Source: Rhizorhabdus sp.
GTDB taxonomy: Bacteria; Pseudomonadota; Alphaproteobacteria; Sphingomonadales; Sphingomonadaceae
Length of the DNA: 64,000 bases
Assembly: GCF_018006725.1 (NCBI RefSeq)
Contig: NZ_JAGMXV010000001.1
Coordinates: forward strand, 6,831 to 70,830
Direction of reading: 5' to 3'
The notes under the pieces were generated by a model that made no database searches, was not told where the DNA came from, and saw only the letters and a list, made by a program, of their open reading frames with translations. Positions 46,145 to 56,976 of the stretch are shown piece after piece (position 1 is the stretch's first letter; every line of letters begins with the position of its first letter). The position numbers were made by a program, and so were the translations under genes.

Positions 46145-49087
46145 TCAGCCGCCCGACCGGTCGGCCATGATGTCCTGAATGCGCGCGGCCAGCGTGTCCA
46201 TGGGGAAGGGCTTGGTGAGCAGGGCCATGTTCGGCGCCAGCTGTCCGTTGCCGATGACCGCATTCTCCGCATAGCCGGTCATGAACAATATGCGCAGATC
46301 GGGGCGGAGCTGCAGCGCCGCGTCGGCGACCTGGCGTCCGTTCATCCCATTGGGCAGGCCTACATCGGTGATCAGCAGATCGATATGCGGGGTGGCGTGA
46401 ATCGCGGCGATGGCGCCGGCACCGTCGGCGGCCTCGACCACATTATAACCGAGCTCCTCGACGACCTCGACCACCAGCATCCGCACGGTCGGCTCGTCAT
46501 CGACTACCAGCACGCAGCCGGCGCCCCGTTCGGCCTGGGCGAGGGGAGCGGTCGGCTGTGGACCGGGGTCGCCATCGGCAAGCGCGCTTTCGGCGTGGCG
46601 CGGCAGGTATATGCACATCGTCGTGCCCAGTCCCGCCTCTGTATAGATGCGCACCTGCCCGCCCGATTGACGCGCGAACCCATAGATCATCGACAGGCCG
46701 AGTCCCGTCCCCTCGCCCATCGGCTTGGTGGTAAAAAAGGGATCGAAGGCGCGCGCGGCGACTTCGGGCGGCATGCCCGTACCGGTGTCGGTGACGCAGA
46801 TCGACACATATTGGCCGGGATCGAGATCGCGTTCGCGAGCGCTGCGCTCATCGAGCCATTTGTTGGCGGTCTCGATCGTGATCCGCCCGCCCTGCGGCAT
46901 GGCGTCGCGCGCATTGATGCACAGATTGATAATGGCGTTTTCGAGCTGGTTGGGATCGACCAGCGTGGTCCACAGCCCGGCCTTCCCGACCGTCTCCACC
47001 GTGACTTCGGGGCCGACCGTGCGGCGGATCAGCTCTTCGAGGTCGAAGATCAGCCGGTTGACGTCGGTCGGCTTGGGATCGAGCGTCTGTCGGCGGGAGA
47101 AGGCGAGCAGTCGGTGGGTCAGGGCGGCCGCACGCTTCACCGCACCCTGGGCGGCGATCGAATATTTCTCCAGCTCGTACACGCGACCCTGGGCGATGCG
47201 GATCTGCATCATCTCCAGCGCCCCCGATATGCCGGTCAGCAGGTTGTTGAAGTCATGCGCCAGGCCGCCGGTCAGCTGGCCGACCGCTTCCATCTTCTGC
47301 GACTGGCGCAACGCCTCCTCGGCCCGGTCGCGCTCGGCCGCCGTCGCGGCGACTTCTGCCTGCAGGCCGATTTTCTCGCGGTGGAGCTGGCGTTCGACGG
47401 CCTTCCGTGCCGAGACGTCCTGCATCGCGCCAACCATCCGGATCGGCTTTCCGGTCATGTCGCGCAGGACATATCCCCGATCGAGCACATCGGCATAGCT
47501 GCCGTCGGCCCGGGCGAAGCGATATTCGTCGGTCCAGTCCGTCCCCGCAGAGGAATCGATCACGGCATGGATGCTGCGGTCTATACGATCGCGATCCTCA
47601 GGGTGAATGCTGGCGATCCACCACGCCCCGGTGGGCTCGACCTCGCTCGGTCGATGGCCATAGGCGCGCTGCAGCGCCTCGTTCCAGATGACGGTGTCGG
47701 TTCGGAAATCCCAATCCCACACCGCATCGTTCGTCGCCCGTCCAGCAAGACGGAGGCGCTCTTCGACTTCGCGAAGCGCGGCATTGGCCAAGCGGTCGCG
47801 GGTGACGTCCTGGACCGTACCGATCAGCCGGATCGGTCGGCGCCCGTCGAAAAAGGCGAGGCCGTGCGCCGAAACATGGCGCAGCCTGCCATCGTCAATG
47901 CCTATGGTGCGATACTCGACCTCGAACTCGTGGCTGCCGTCGGGATCGAGCGATGCCACCACCGCCTTGTGCGCGCGCTCGCGGTCGTCGGGATGCAGGC
48001 CGGCGAGAAAAGTCGTCTCGTAGGATACCTCCTTGCCGGGGCTGACGCCGAACAGTTCGCGACAGCGATCATCCCATTTCAGCGTCTGCTCGCCGGGCCG
48101 ATAGTCGAATCGGCCGAGCCGCGCTGCGCGGGTCGCCAGTTCGAGCTCCTCGCGGCTGCGCTCAAGCGCCCGCTCGGTGCGACGTCGTTCGCTGATATCG
48201 TAAAACAGCACGGCGACGTGATGCTTGTCCGGGTCGTCGATCCGATAGGCGCTGACGAGATACCATCGATCGTCGAGTTGCTTCGCAGGCAGTTCGATTT
48301 GCGCAGCCCGTCCGCTGCGCGCGACCTCGCCGTAGAAGTCGAACCAATGCTGTTCGTGCTGCGGCGCGATCTCGCGCATCCAGCGCCCGGATGCGTTGGC
48401 AATGCCCGTATATTGTTCGAAGGATTCGTTGACCTCGAGGAAACGGTAATCGAGCGCTTCCTCCTGCTCACCGAACGCCATTTCGATGACGCAGAAACCG
48501 GCGTCGATCGAGTTGAACAGACTGCGATAGCGATGTTCACTAAGACGCAGAGCCTCCTCGCTGCGCACACGGTCGGCGGCTTCGCGAATGCGCACCGCGA
48601 CATCCTCGACCAGCGCGACCTCGGCTGTTTCCCAAATGCGCGGGGCCTGCATGTTGACGTAGAGCAAACTGTCCAGTTCGCCATTGCGCATGATCGGGCA
48701 GACGATCGCCGCGCGCGTGTCGATGGCCGCCCAACTCCGGTCATGCCCCGCACTCAGCGGATGGGTGGTCACATCGTCGAGGATCAGGGTTCGGCCTGCG
48801 CGCAGCTCTGCCATCAGCGCGTCGCCATAGCCGTCCATGGGACGCAGCCGGCCCTGAAGATTTTCAAGCCGTCCGCCTGAATCGGCCTCTATGCGGCTAA
48901 GGCCGCCGTTCATGCCGAGAGTCGCAAAGCCGCAGCGATCCGCGCCGAGACGATCGGCGAGCATCTGTGACGCGGCATCAAGAATGGCCTGTGCGTCGGT
49001 CAGACCGCGCAGCCTGTCGAGAAAGGCGAGCTGGAACGCCTGTCTTGCGAGCAACTGCTCGCGGCTCAACTGTTCCGATCTCGGCAT
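46145..49087 (-). CDS. Hybrid sensor kinase (GAF-PAS-PAS-PAS-HK-REC)
   Basis: GAF domain, repeated 'HPDDR/HPEDR' PAS domains, 'AHDFNNLL', HATPase and receiver domains. Confidence 0.92.
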   Translation of the reverse strand: MPRSEQLSREQLLARQAFQLAFLDRLRGLTDAQAILDAASQMLADRLGADRCGFATLGMNGGLSRIEADSGGRLENLQGRLRPMDGYGDALMAELRAGRTLILDDVTTHPLSAGHDRSWAAIDTRAAIVCPIMRNGELDSLLYVNMQAPRIWETAEVALVEDVAVRIREAADRVRSEEALRLSEHRYRSLFNSIDAGFCVIEMAFGEQEEALDYRFLEVNESFEQYTGIANASGRWMREIAPQHEQHWFDFYGEVARSGRAAQIELPAKQLDDRWYLVSAYRIDDPDKHHVAVLFYDISERRRTERALERSREELELATRAARLGRFDYRPGEQTLKWDDRCRELFGVSPGKEVSYETTFLAGLHPDDRERAHKAVVASLDPDGSHEFEVEYRTIGIDDGRLRHVSAHGLAFFDGRRPIRLIGTVQDVTRDRLANAALREVEERLRLAGRATNDAVWDWDFRTDTVIWNEALQRAYGHRPSEVEPTGAWWIASIHPEDRDRIDRSIHAVIDSSAGTDWTDEYRFARADGSYADVLDRGYVLRDMTGKPIRMVGAMQDVSARKAVERQLHREKIGLQAEVAATAAERDRAEEALRQSQKMEAVGQLTGGLAHDFNNLLTGISGALEMMQIRIAQGRVYELEKYSIAAQGAVKRAAALTHRLLAFSRRQTLDPKPTDVNRLIFDLEELIRRTVGPEVTVETVGKAGLWTTLVDPNQLENAIINLCINARDAMPQGGRITIETANKWLDERSARERDLDPGQYVSICVTDTGTGMPPEVAARAFDPFFTTKPMGEGTGLGLSMIYGFARQSGGQVRIYTEAGLGTTMCIYLPRHAESALADGDPGPQPTAPLAQAERGAGCVLVVDDEPTVRMLVVEVVEELGYNVVEAADGAGAIAAIHATPHIDLLITDVGLPNGMNGRQVADAALQLRPDLRILFMTGYAENAVIGNGQLAPNMALLTKPFPMDTLAARIQDIMADRSGG

Positions 49088-49210
49088 TCTTCCCCCAACG
49101 ACCACGATCCACGGCGGTTCCCGCCAGCGGGGGTAGCACCGACGGAACCGTCATGGGAGCCGACGGACGGGTCGGCCTGCGCCACGTCTGCGGCGAGCGG
49201 TCGCAAGGAA

Positions 49211-49235
49211 AATGCCTCGTGCGCGAGATTGTTCC
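49211..49235 (-). promoter_or_regulatory. sigma-EcfG-like promoter GGAAC-N16-CATT
   Basis: About 125 bp upstream of the hybrid kinase. Confidence 0.5.
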
Positions 49236-49302
49236 ACCGCCGGGATGAAGAAGGGCCGCCCCCGCGAACGGAAGCGGCCCCCCTTGACCTGCAACCCGCC
49301 GA

Positions 49303-51618
49303 TCAGAATTCGGCGGTCAGCCTGGCGCCCCAGGTGCGGGGGCGGTTGAAGATCGCCGTCGCCAGCGAGCCGAAGTCGGTTGCGAAGCTGTAATAGCGAT
49401 TGTTGGTCAGATTTTCGCCGAACAGCTGGGCGGTCAGCTTCACATTGTCGCCGGCCGGAATGTCCGACAGGATCACCCGTGCCGACAGCTCCTTCTGGGT
49501 TCCGGTCCGGAAGCCCTGCAGCGTGGGGGCGAGCGAGTCGATCACCGCCAGCCGTGCGCTGCTCTTGGTCGAATAGTCGACCCGGAAGGTCGCTACGCCC
49601 ATCGGCATGGGCGAGGTCTTCACCTGTGCCCCGACATGGGTCGACCATTTGCTCAGATAGGCGAAGTGCGCGGTCGAACCCACGTTGGTCACTACGCCGC
49701 CGACGATCTGGTTATATTCCTTATATTTGGGATCGACATAGCCGACGTTACCGTCGAGCTGGACATGCTCACCCAGCAGCAGCGCGCCTTCGAGCTCGAA
49801 ACCGCGATAGCGTGCCTTCGCCGCGTTCACGATGAAATTGGTGCGCGTGACGCTGTTGAACTGGTTGACCTGCAGATTGTCGTAATCGATCTGGAAGACG
49901 TTGCCGTCGAAACGCAGATGGCGATTGAGCGCCGTCAGCTTCCAGCCCAGTTCGTAGGTGATAGCCTTTTCGGGATCCCAGCCGGGAGACCCTGGTGCCA
50001 GCGCGTTGAAACCGCCGGCGCGGAAGCTGGACGCGATCCTTCCATAGGTCATGAAGCCGGGAACCCAGCGATAGCTGATCGAGCCGCTATAGCCGAAATT
50101 GCCCCAGTCGTTCTTGCCGGTCTGGTTGGTGGTGGTGGTCGTGGTGGTGGTCTGGACGATACCGGTGTCGATCTTGCGCTTGTCCTTGGTGTAGCGGCCG
50201 CCCAGCGTCACTTCGAGCTTCTCGTCGAGCGAGGCGGGCTTCCACTTCACCTCGCCGAAAGCGGCGTAGGACCGGGTGGTCTGTTCATAGGTCACGCTGC
50301 GGTCGAGACGGATCCAGGCTGCGCCGACGGGGGAGTTGAGGACGGTGGTGACGTTTTCGTTCACCTTCTCCCACCAATAATAGAGGCCGAGTACATATTC
50401 GAAGTCGGCCAGGTCGCCGGCGACCTGGAACTCCTGACTGAACTGTTTCTGCTTGCCGGGGTTGGTCGGCGCGGCGTGGACGCTGATCGGCTCGACCCGC
50501 TGCGCGGGGTCGCGCGGGTTGAGCACCGTGCCGAGAATGTAGCTGCCGCCCAGATAGTTGCGCAGATGCTGATCGATCTCGGCATAGTTGCTGATCGACT
50601 TGAGCTGCGCGGTCTCGGCAATCGGATAGGTGAGCGTCAGCGTGTCGCCCCAGCTCTTGATCACCGCATTGCCCTGTACGCGCGGATCGCGAAAGCTCAG
50701 GTCGAGCGCCTTGGGGCTGAGCACCAGCGGCGGACCCGAGGGGTTGGCTGCCGCAGAATTGGTATAGGCGGCGACCGCCGCCGGGGTTCCGCCGATCGCC
50801 TGCCACGCGGTGAAGGACACGTTGCGGGCATAACGGAAGCGATTGTCGATCTCGAGGTTGCCGAGCGAGCCCGCCAATGCGGTGGTCAGGCCCAGATCCT
50901 TCTCGTTGCCGCCCCAGTCGGATTTTGACAGGCCGGGCGTGCGGACCCAGCCGTCGCGATTGCGCCAGTTGGCGGCGATCTTCAGGCGCCAGTCGGACTG
51001 ACCGATCGCGCCGGTCTGGAGAACGCCCGAGAGCATCTTGTCGTCGTAACGGCCATAGCCGACGGATATCTTGGCGCTGGGTTCGTCGGTTGGCGCCTGC
51101 GTGACGAGCATGATCGCGCCGCCGGTGGTGTTGCGGCCGAACAGCGTGCCCTGCGGCCCGCGCAGCACCTCGACCCGTTCCAGATCGGGCAGGTCGAAGG
51201 CGGCGCTGGTCGCGCGCGGCGTATAGACCCCGTCGACATAGAGGGCGACGGCGGGTTCGGTGTAGAGCGTTGTGGACAACGTGCCGATACCGCGAATGAA
51301 GACGACCGGCGCATTGGCGCTGCCCGACCCTTGCGTGATCTTCAGGTTGGGCGCGAGGTCGGCGAGCGCGCTCAGCCGGGTGAGCACGCGTTGCTCGATG
51401 TCTTTGCCACCGATGGCGGTGATAGGAAGCGGCGCGGTTTCCGCCCGCTCCGCCCTACGGCGCGCCGTTACGATGATGTCGGCGAGGCCGCCCTGGTTGG
51501 CGCCGGTGTCGGCCTGATCCTCGGCCATCGCCGGGACCGACAAGATGCCCAGAAAAGCCGCGGACAGTGCGGTTCCGCCGCGAAGTGCGGACGTGATTCG
51601 ACTCCTGGTAGCTTTCAT
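49303..51618 (-). CDS. TonB-dependent receptor
   Basis: Signal peptide, TonB box 'DIIVTARR', 'EVLRGPQGTLFGRN', C-terminal Phe. Confidence 0.95.
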   Translation of the reverse strand: MKATRSRITSALRGGTALSAAFLGILSVPAMAEDQADTGANQGGLADIIVTARRRAERAETAPLPITAIGGKDIEQRVLTRLSALADLAPNLKITQGSGSANAPVVFIRGIGTLSTTLYTEPAVALYVDGVYTPRATSAAFDLPDLERVEVLRGPQGTLFGRNTTGGAIMLVTQAPTDEPSAKISVGYGRYDDKMLSGVLQTGAIGQSDWRLKIAANWRNRDGWVRTPGLSKSDWGGNEKDLGLTTALAGSLGNLEIDNRFRYARNVSFTAWQAIGGTPAAVAAYTNSAAANPSGPPLVLSPKALDLSFRDPRVQGNAVIKSWGDTLTLTYPIAETAQLKSISNYAEIDQHLRNYLGGSYILGTVLNPRDPAQRVEPISVHAAPTNPGKQKQFSQEFQVAGDLADFEYVLGLYYWWEKVNENVTTVLNSPVGAAWIRLDRSVTYEQTTRSYAAFGEVKWKPASLDEKLEVTLGGRYTKDKRKIDTGIVQTTTTTTTTNQTGKNDWGNFGYSGSISYRWVPGFMTYGRIASSFRAGGFNALAPGSPGWDPEKAITYELGWKLTALNRHLRFDGNVFQIDYDNLQVNQFNSVTRTNFIVNAAKARYRGFELEGALLLGEHVQLDGNVGYVDPKYKEYNQIVGGVVTNVGSTAHFAYLSKWSTHVGAQVKTSPMPMGVATFRVDYSTKSSARLAVIDSLAPTLQGFRTGTQKELSARVILSDIPAGDNVKLTAQLFGENLTNNRYYSFATDFGSLATAIFNRPRTWGARLTAEF

Positions 51619-51803
51619 CTTCCCCTCCTCCTCTCGGCGCGTCCTTGCAGGGCGTCGCCTTTCTCCTGTGCCGGCAGCCGGCCGGCCTTGCTTCACATCG
51701 CTTCTGCCCGGTCTCTCGCCGCCGTCGATGATCGCACGATTGACAACCTATCAATCATGGTAATCTTATCAAGAATAAACATAGCAACGATGAGAGGCTG
51801 GAC

Positions 51804-52652
51804 ATGAAGGATTTCAAGGGGCGCGTGGCCGTCATCACCGGGGCAGCGAACGGCATCGGCCGGGCGCTGGCGCAGCAGCTCGCGGCGGAAGGTGCGCGGC
51901 TGGCGCTCATGGACATAGAGGCGGATACGCTGGAGAAGCTGCGCGCCGAACTGTCCGGTCGCGGCGCCGACGTGTTCGCGCGGGCGTTCGACATTGGCGA
52001 CTGGGAGGCCAGCGAAGCCTTCGCCAGGGACGTGCTGTCCCATTTCGGCACCGTAAACCTGGTCATCGCCAATGCCGGGGTGACGACGGTCGGCCGACCG
52101 GCGGTAACGCTGTCGATCAACGACTGGCGCTGGGTGCTCGGCACCAACCTGTTCGGGGTGATCCACGCGATCCAGCCCTTTCTCCCCACGCTGATGGGCC
52201 AGGAAGGCTCGCACATCGCGATCACCGCCTCGGGCGTCTGCTCCTTCACCGGCGTCGCCCTGAACGGACCCTATTGCGCCAGCAAGGCCGCCGCGATCTC
52301 CTATGCCGAGACGCTGTACCGCGAACTGGCGGCGGCCAATCCGCCGGTCGGCGTCACCGCGATCTGCCCCGGCACCACCCTCGCGACTTTTCAGCGCTCG
52401 GAAGAGCGTCGCCCTGCCCACCTGCCCGATCTCGCCGAATCCGATCCGATCCCGCCGGTCTTCCGCGAGATGCTGGCCAAGATCAGGGCCGATGGTCTCA
52501 CTTCGGAAGAGGTAGCGCGCCAGTCGATCGAGGCGATCCGGGAAAATCGCTTCTATGTGATCACCCATCCCGAAAATGGGCATATCGCAGCGGCGCGGGG
52601 CAATGATGCGGCGGCGGCGCGCAATCCGTCGGTCGGATTGCCGGGGTCCTGA
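51804..52652 (+). CDS. Short-chain dehydrogenase/reductase
   Basis: 'TGAANGIG', 'NAGV', 'YCASK'. Confidence 0.93.
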   Translation: MKDFKGRVAVITGAANGIGRALAQQLAAEGARLALMDIEADTLEKLRAELSGRGADVFARAFDIGDWEASEAFARDVLSHFGTVNLVIANAGVTTVGRPAVTLSINDWRWVLGTNLFGVIHAIQPFLPTLMGQEGSHIAITASGVCSFTGVALNGPYCASKAAAISYAETLYRELAAANPPVGVTAICPGTTLATFQRSEERRPAHLPDLAESDPIPPVFREMLAKIRADGLTSEEVARQSIEAIRENRFYVITHPENGHIAAARGNDAAAARNPSVGLPGS

Positions 52653-52678
52653 AGACCGGTCCGGGCGGGGCGTCGCGA

Positions 52679-53917
52679 TCAGGCGACACCCGCCGGGGCG
52701 GGGGTCGACTTCGAACGCAGCCCCGAAACCAGCGCCACGATGCAGCCGGCAAGCGTCAGCAGCCCCACCCAGGTGATCGCTGTTCGGAGCCCGAACAGGA
52801 TGATCACCGGACCGAGGACCAGCGGATTGATCGCATCGGCCAGGAACTGGCAGCTGACGACCAGCCCCGCCGCCTGACCGCGCAGATCGGGGCGGGCGCG
52901 CTGGAGCAGCAAATTGCTCTGATAGGGAAAGAGCAGCCCGTTGCCGATGCCGAGCAGTGCCAGCCCGATCGCGGCGGCGGCCATGTCCTGCGCGCGGGCG
53001 AACAACAGCAGGCCGCCGCCGATGATCGCAAGGATCGCGAAGGGCAGCAGCCCCATGCCGATCAGGCGGCGCGCCACCGGGAACAATATGGCCGTGACGA
53101 AGATCAGGGCCTGATTGATGCCCATCATCTGCGCGCGGCCCTGCGCGCTGTCGATACCGATCTCGGCGAGCAGGAAACTCGACTGCGAGTTGGTCGTGAA
53201 GGCGGTCATGTTGACCAATATGACGAAGGCGAAGACCGGCCAGAGCGCGGCGAGCCCGCGCCAGTCGCGTCCCTGCGCGTTCGTCTCCCGTGGTCCCTGA
53301 GCAGATGGCGCAGAGCAGGTCGCGACCAGAGCGAACATCAGCCCGGCAATGACTGGGAAGAGCAGGAAGGAGGAGTGCCAGCCATAGGCGTCGGCGATCC
53401 GGCCCGATGCGATCATGGCGACGATACCCAGCGCGGCGGCGCCCGCGACCGACCAGCCCAACACGCGCGGACGCATCGCCTCCGGCACCCGCTCGCCGAC
53501 CAGCGCGGTCGAGGCGGCGGCGATGACGGCGGCCACGATCCCGATCAGCAGCCGCGAGCCGACGAGCAGTGGCAGGCTCAGGCCATAGCCCGAAACGCCG
53601 ATCAGCCCATAAGCGACGAGCCCGCCGAGGAAGACCGTGCGCGGCTGGAAATGGCGGAACAGGAAGCCAGCGCCGAAACCGCCGAGCACGAGCCCCAGCA
53701 TCGGCATGGCGATGAGCATCTGTACCGCCACCGCTACGTCCGACCCGCTACCGCCGCCGCCCATGTCGCGGGCGATGTTGGGCAGGACGGGAATGACCAC
53801 GGTCAGCATCGCGCCGACCAGAAAGGATCCGAGGGACAGGGTCGCAATGCCCACGAGGGTACGTGGCGACATAGGCGCGCGCGGCGCCCGCTGTTCGTCG
53901 GGCGGAACGGCCACCAT
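52679..53917 (-). CDS. MFS transporter
   Basis: About 12 TM helices; GGAGG RBS before ATG 53917. Confidence 0.85.
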   Translation of the reverse strand: MVAVPPDEQRAPRAPMSPRTLVGIATLSLGSFLVGAMLTVVIPVLPNIARDMGGGGSGSDVAVAVQMLIAMPMLGLVLGGFGAGFLFRHFQPRTVFLGGLVAYGLIGVSGYGLSLPLLVGSRLLIGIVAAVIAAASTALVGERVPEAMRPRVLGWSVAGAAALGIVAMIASGRIADAYGWHSSFLLFPVIAGLMFALVATCSAPSAQGPRETNAQGRDWRGLAALWPVFAFVILVNMTAFTTNSQSSFLLAEIGIDSAQGRAQMMGINQALIFVTAILFPVARRLIGMGLLPFAILAIIGGGLLLFARAQDMAAAAIGLALLGIGNGLLFPYQSNLLLQRARPDLRGQAAGLVVSCQFLADAINPLVLGPVIILFGLRTAITWVGLLTLAGCIVALVSGLRSKSTPAPAGVA

Positions 53918-54076
53918 CGACACCCCTCCATGATCTGACGGCCGTCTGTCGCGGCTCGACCCTAGCGATGACATGCGGGCCGCAGGCGTACCCGCCCAAT
54001 ATCGGCATTGTTCCGATCGCGGCATGCGAACGGCGTCCCCCTCTGGCGCGGGTAGGGTCGACTGGCCTATGCGCCG

Positions 54077-55633
54077 ATGATGACATCATCGGCACCCGCT
54101 CGCTTTCTCTTCTGGCCGTTGTTGCTGGCGATCGCCCTGCTGGCGCTGTGGGCGCGCGGCTGGGGCATCTGGCTCGAGCCGATGTGGCTCGACGAGGCCT
54201 ACAGTGCCTATGCCGCTGCGCAGGGCTGGGATTTTCTTTGGCACGTCGTTCCGCGCTACGAGACGCACCCGCCCTTTTACTATTCGCTGCTGCGCGCCTG
54301 GACGCTGCTCGCGGGAGACGGGCTTGTCGCGCATCGGCTGCTGGGGCTGGTCTGCGGAATGCTCAGCCTGCCGTTGATCGGGCTGGCCGCTGCCCGGCTG
54401 GCCCGCATCGCGGGTGCAGATTGCCGGCTTGTAGTGCTTGCTACATTGCTTCTGGTCGCAGTTTCGCCGGTGGTCGTCGAAATGACCCGCGAAATTCGTC
54501 CCTACCCCGCGATGATCCTGACCTATGCGGGCGCCTGTCTGGCGCTGCTCCATCTCGCGGAACGGCGCGAAGCGGGGCTGCCGCTCTTCGGCCGGGCCTA
54601 TCTGGCCTATCTCGGCTGCACCGGGCTGATCCTGTGGCTGCACAATCTCGGACCGCTCTATGCTGCAGCGCTGGGCCTCGCCCTGCTCTGCGTGATCCGG
54701 CTGCGGAGGATGGCGAAGGCCGACTGGCTCTGGCTGGCTGCCGGAGGGCTTCTGGTGCTGGCCATCTGGCTTCCGGCCCTGTTCATCCTGCTCGATCAGG
54801 CGCCCGAATGGATCAAAGCGACCTGGCTGCATTTTTCGACCCGTGACCTGTGGCGCCGCGCGACGATGCTCTACACCGGCCCGCGCGACGACATGCGCGC
54901 GGCGGCGGCGATCCTCCTGCTCCTCGGTGGGGCGCTGCTCTGGCGCGTGCCGCGCGGACGTCCGCTGCTTGCCGCGCTGGCGATCCTTGCCTTCCTGCCG
55001 CTGCTCCTATCTCTGCTGATCTCGGCGACCATCACGCCGGTCTTCATCGTCCGGACGATGACCGCGCTCGCGACGCCGGCGCTGCTCCTGATGGGGCTGG
55101 GGATCGGCTGGAGCCGGGGCCGTTTCGGCTGGCTGCTGCCTGCGGCCGCGCTCGGCTGGCTGGCGATTGCCCAGTTCGGCATGGTCGCTGCGACGCGCGC
55201 GCATCCGCAGGGCGACTGGTATCGTGCCGTGGCCTGGCTGCAACCGCGCTTCGAACGTGGCGATCAAGTCTTCGCCTATCCGAACGAAGGCGCCCTGCCT
55301 TTCGACCGCGCCGCGCGTGATCGGGGTCTGGCGATGCCCAGCCGGCCGATCCCGACGGCGATCCCGACGCTGAACCCACCTCCGGGCAGCTGGTATGTCA
55401 GCGGATCGCGCGGGGTGCCGTCGCTCGACCGCGCCCATCTGCGCCTGATCGCGCAGGAGCCGGCGACGCGGGCGGTGCCGACGATCTGGCTGCTGCGGCT
55501 GGGGCCTTGGGCCTATGACAAGGGAGACGTCTTCCTCGAGGAATTGTCGCGCGGGCGGGTCGAGGTCGGGCGCTATCGTGAAGGGCCGATCGATATTGTC
55601 GGTCTGCGCCGGGCCGATCTCACGCCCGAATAA
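54077..55633 (+). CDS. GT-C (PMT/ArnT-like) membrane glycosyltransferase
   Basis: 'WLDEAYS', 'HPPFYY', 'E.RPY' motifs; many TM helices. Confidence 0.75.
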   Translation: MMTSSAPARFLFWPLLLAIALLALWARGWGIWLEPMWLDEAYSAYAAAQGWDFLWHVVPRYETHPPFYYSLLRAWTLLAGDGLVAHRLLGLVCGMLSLPLIGLAAARLARIAGADCRLVVLATLLLVAVSPVVVEMTREIRPYPAMILTYAGACLALLHLAERREAGLPLFGRAYLAYLGCTGLILWLHNLGPLYAAALGLALLCVIRLRRMAKADWLWLAAGGLLVLAIWLPALFILLDQAPEWIKATWLHFSTRDLWRRATMLYTGPRDDMRAAAAILLLLGGALLWRVPRGRPLLAALAILAFLPLLLSLLISATITPVFIVRTMTALATPALLLMGLGIGWSRGRFGWLLPAAALGWLAIAQFGMVAATRAHPQGDWYRAVAWLQPRFERGDQVFAYPNEGALPFDRAARDRGLAMPSRPIPTAIPTLNPPPGSWYVSGSRGVPSLDRAHLRLIAQEPATRAVPTIWLLRLGPWAYDKGDVFLEELSRGRVEVGRYREGPIDIVGLRRADLTPE

Positions 55634-55646
55634 CAGAGGTCAGATG

Positions 55647-55674
55647 GGCGGCGGCGCCCGGAAGTGCCGCCGCC
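55647..55674. terminator. Hairpin between convergent genes
   Basis: GGCGGCGGCGC...GTGCCGCCGCC stem. Confidence 0.45.
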
Positions 55675-55680
55675 TGAAAC

Positions 55681-56898
55681 TCAACGCCCGTCGCGACGGC
55701 CGAGCAGACGAAGCCGCAGCGCGTTGAGCTTGATGAAGCCCGCCGCGTCGCGCTGATCATAGGCGCCGGCATCGTCCTCGAAGGTGACGACCTTCTCGGA
55801 ATAGAGCGTGTTCGGCGACTTGCGGCCGACGACATAGACGCCGCCTTTGTAGAGCTTGAGCCGGACGGTGCCGGTCACCTTTTCCTGGCTGTGGTCGATC
55901 GCGGCCTGCAGCATCTCGCGCTCGGGCGAGAACCAGAAGCCGTTGTAGATCAGCTCGGCATAGCGCGGCGCCAGCTCGTCCTTGAGGTGCGCGGCGCCGC
56001 GGTCGAGCGTGATCTGCTCGATACCGCGATGGGCGAGGTGGTAGATGGTGCCGCCCGGCGTCTCGTACATGCCGCGCGACTTCATGCCGACAAAGCGGTT
56101 CTCGACGAGATCGAGGCGGCCGATGCCATGCTTGCGGCCATAATCGTTGAGTGTCTCGAGCAGCGTCGCCGGGCCCATGCCGACGCCGTTGATCGCCACG
56201 CCGTCGCCGCGCTCGAAATCGATCGTGATGAATTCGGGCGCGTCGGGCGCGTCCTCGGGATTGACGGTGCGCGAATAGACATAGTCGGGCACCTCCTCCC
56301 ACGGATCCTCGAGCACCTTACCCTCAGACGAGGTGTGGAGCATGTTGGCATCGGTCGAGAAGGGCGACTCGCCGCGCTTGTCCTTCGGCACCGGGATCTG
56401 GTGTGCTTCGGCGAAGGCGATCAGCGCGGTACGGCTGGTCAGGTCCCATTCGCGCCACGGTGCGATCACGCGGATGTCGGGGGCGAGGCCGTAATAGCCG
56501 AGCTCGAAGCGGACCTGGTCATTGCCCTTGCCGGTCGCGCCATGGCTGACCGCATCGGCGCCGACCTGGCGGGCGATCTCGATCTGGCGCTTGGCGATCA
56601 GCGGCCGTGCGATCGAGGTGCCGAGCAGATACAGGCCTTCGTACAAAGCGTTGGAGCGCATCATCGGGAAGACATAGTCCCGCACGAATTCCTCGCGCAG
56701 GTCGTCGATGAAGATGTGATGATCGGGCACGCCCATCAGCCTGGCCTTGGCGCGCGCCGGCTCCAGCTCTTCGCCCTGGCCCAGATCGGCGGTAAAGGTC
56801 ACGACCTCGCACTGGTAGGTCTGCTGCAGCCATTTCAGGATGACGCTCGTATCGAGCCCTCCCGAGAAGGCCAGAACCACCCGCTTCACGTCGCTCAT
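55681..56898 (-). CDS. argG: Argininosuccinate synthase
   Basis: '[10 protein letters not shown]', '[13 protein letters not shown]', 'KSRGMYETP'. Confidence 0.98.
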   Translation of the reverse strand: MSDVKRVVLAFSGGLDTSVILKWLQQTYQCEVVTFTADLGQGEELEPARAKARLMGVPDHHIFIDDLREEFVRDYVFPMMRSNALYEGLYLLGTSIARPLIAKRQIEIARQVGADAVSHGATGKGNDQVRFELGYYGLAPDIRVIAPWREWDLTSRTALIAFAEAHQIPVPKDKRGESPFSTDANMLHTSSEGKVLEDPWEEVPDYVYSRTVNPEDAPDAPEFITIDFERGDGVAINGVGMGPATLLETLNDYGRKHGIGRLDLVENRFVGMKSRGMYETPGGTIYHLAHRGIEQITLDRGAAHLKDELAPRYAELIYNGFWFSPEREMLQAAIDHSQEKVTGTVRLKLYKGGVYVVGRKSPNTLYSEKVVTFEDDAGAYDQRDAAGFIKLNALRLRLLGRRDGR

Positions 56899-56976
56899 CT
56901 CGATCTCCAAGCCGCATCAAAGGCGCGGCGCCCTTGCCATGCGGGGCGCTGCCATTCAAGCTGATAGCGTTCTTCC

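Noticed and set aside
50125-50155. GGT/ACC triplet run as a phase-variable repeat
   Set aside because: Short, interrupted, in-frame Thr codons; it cannot switch frame
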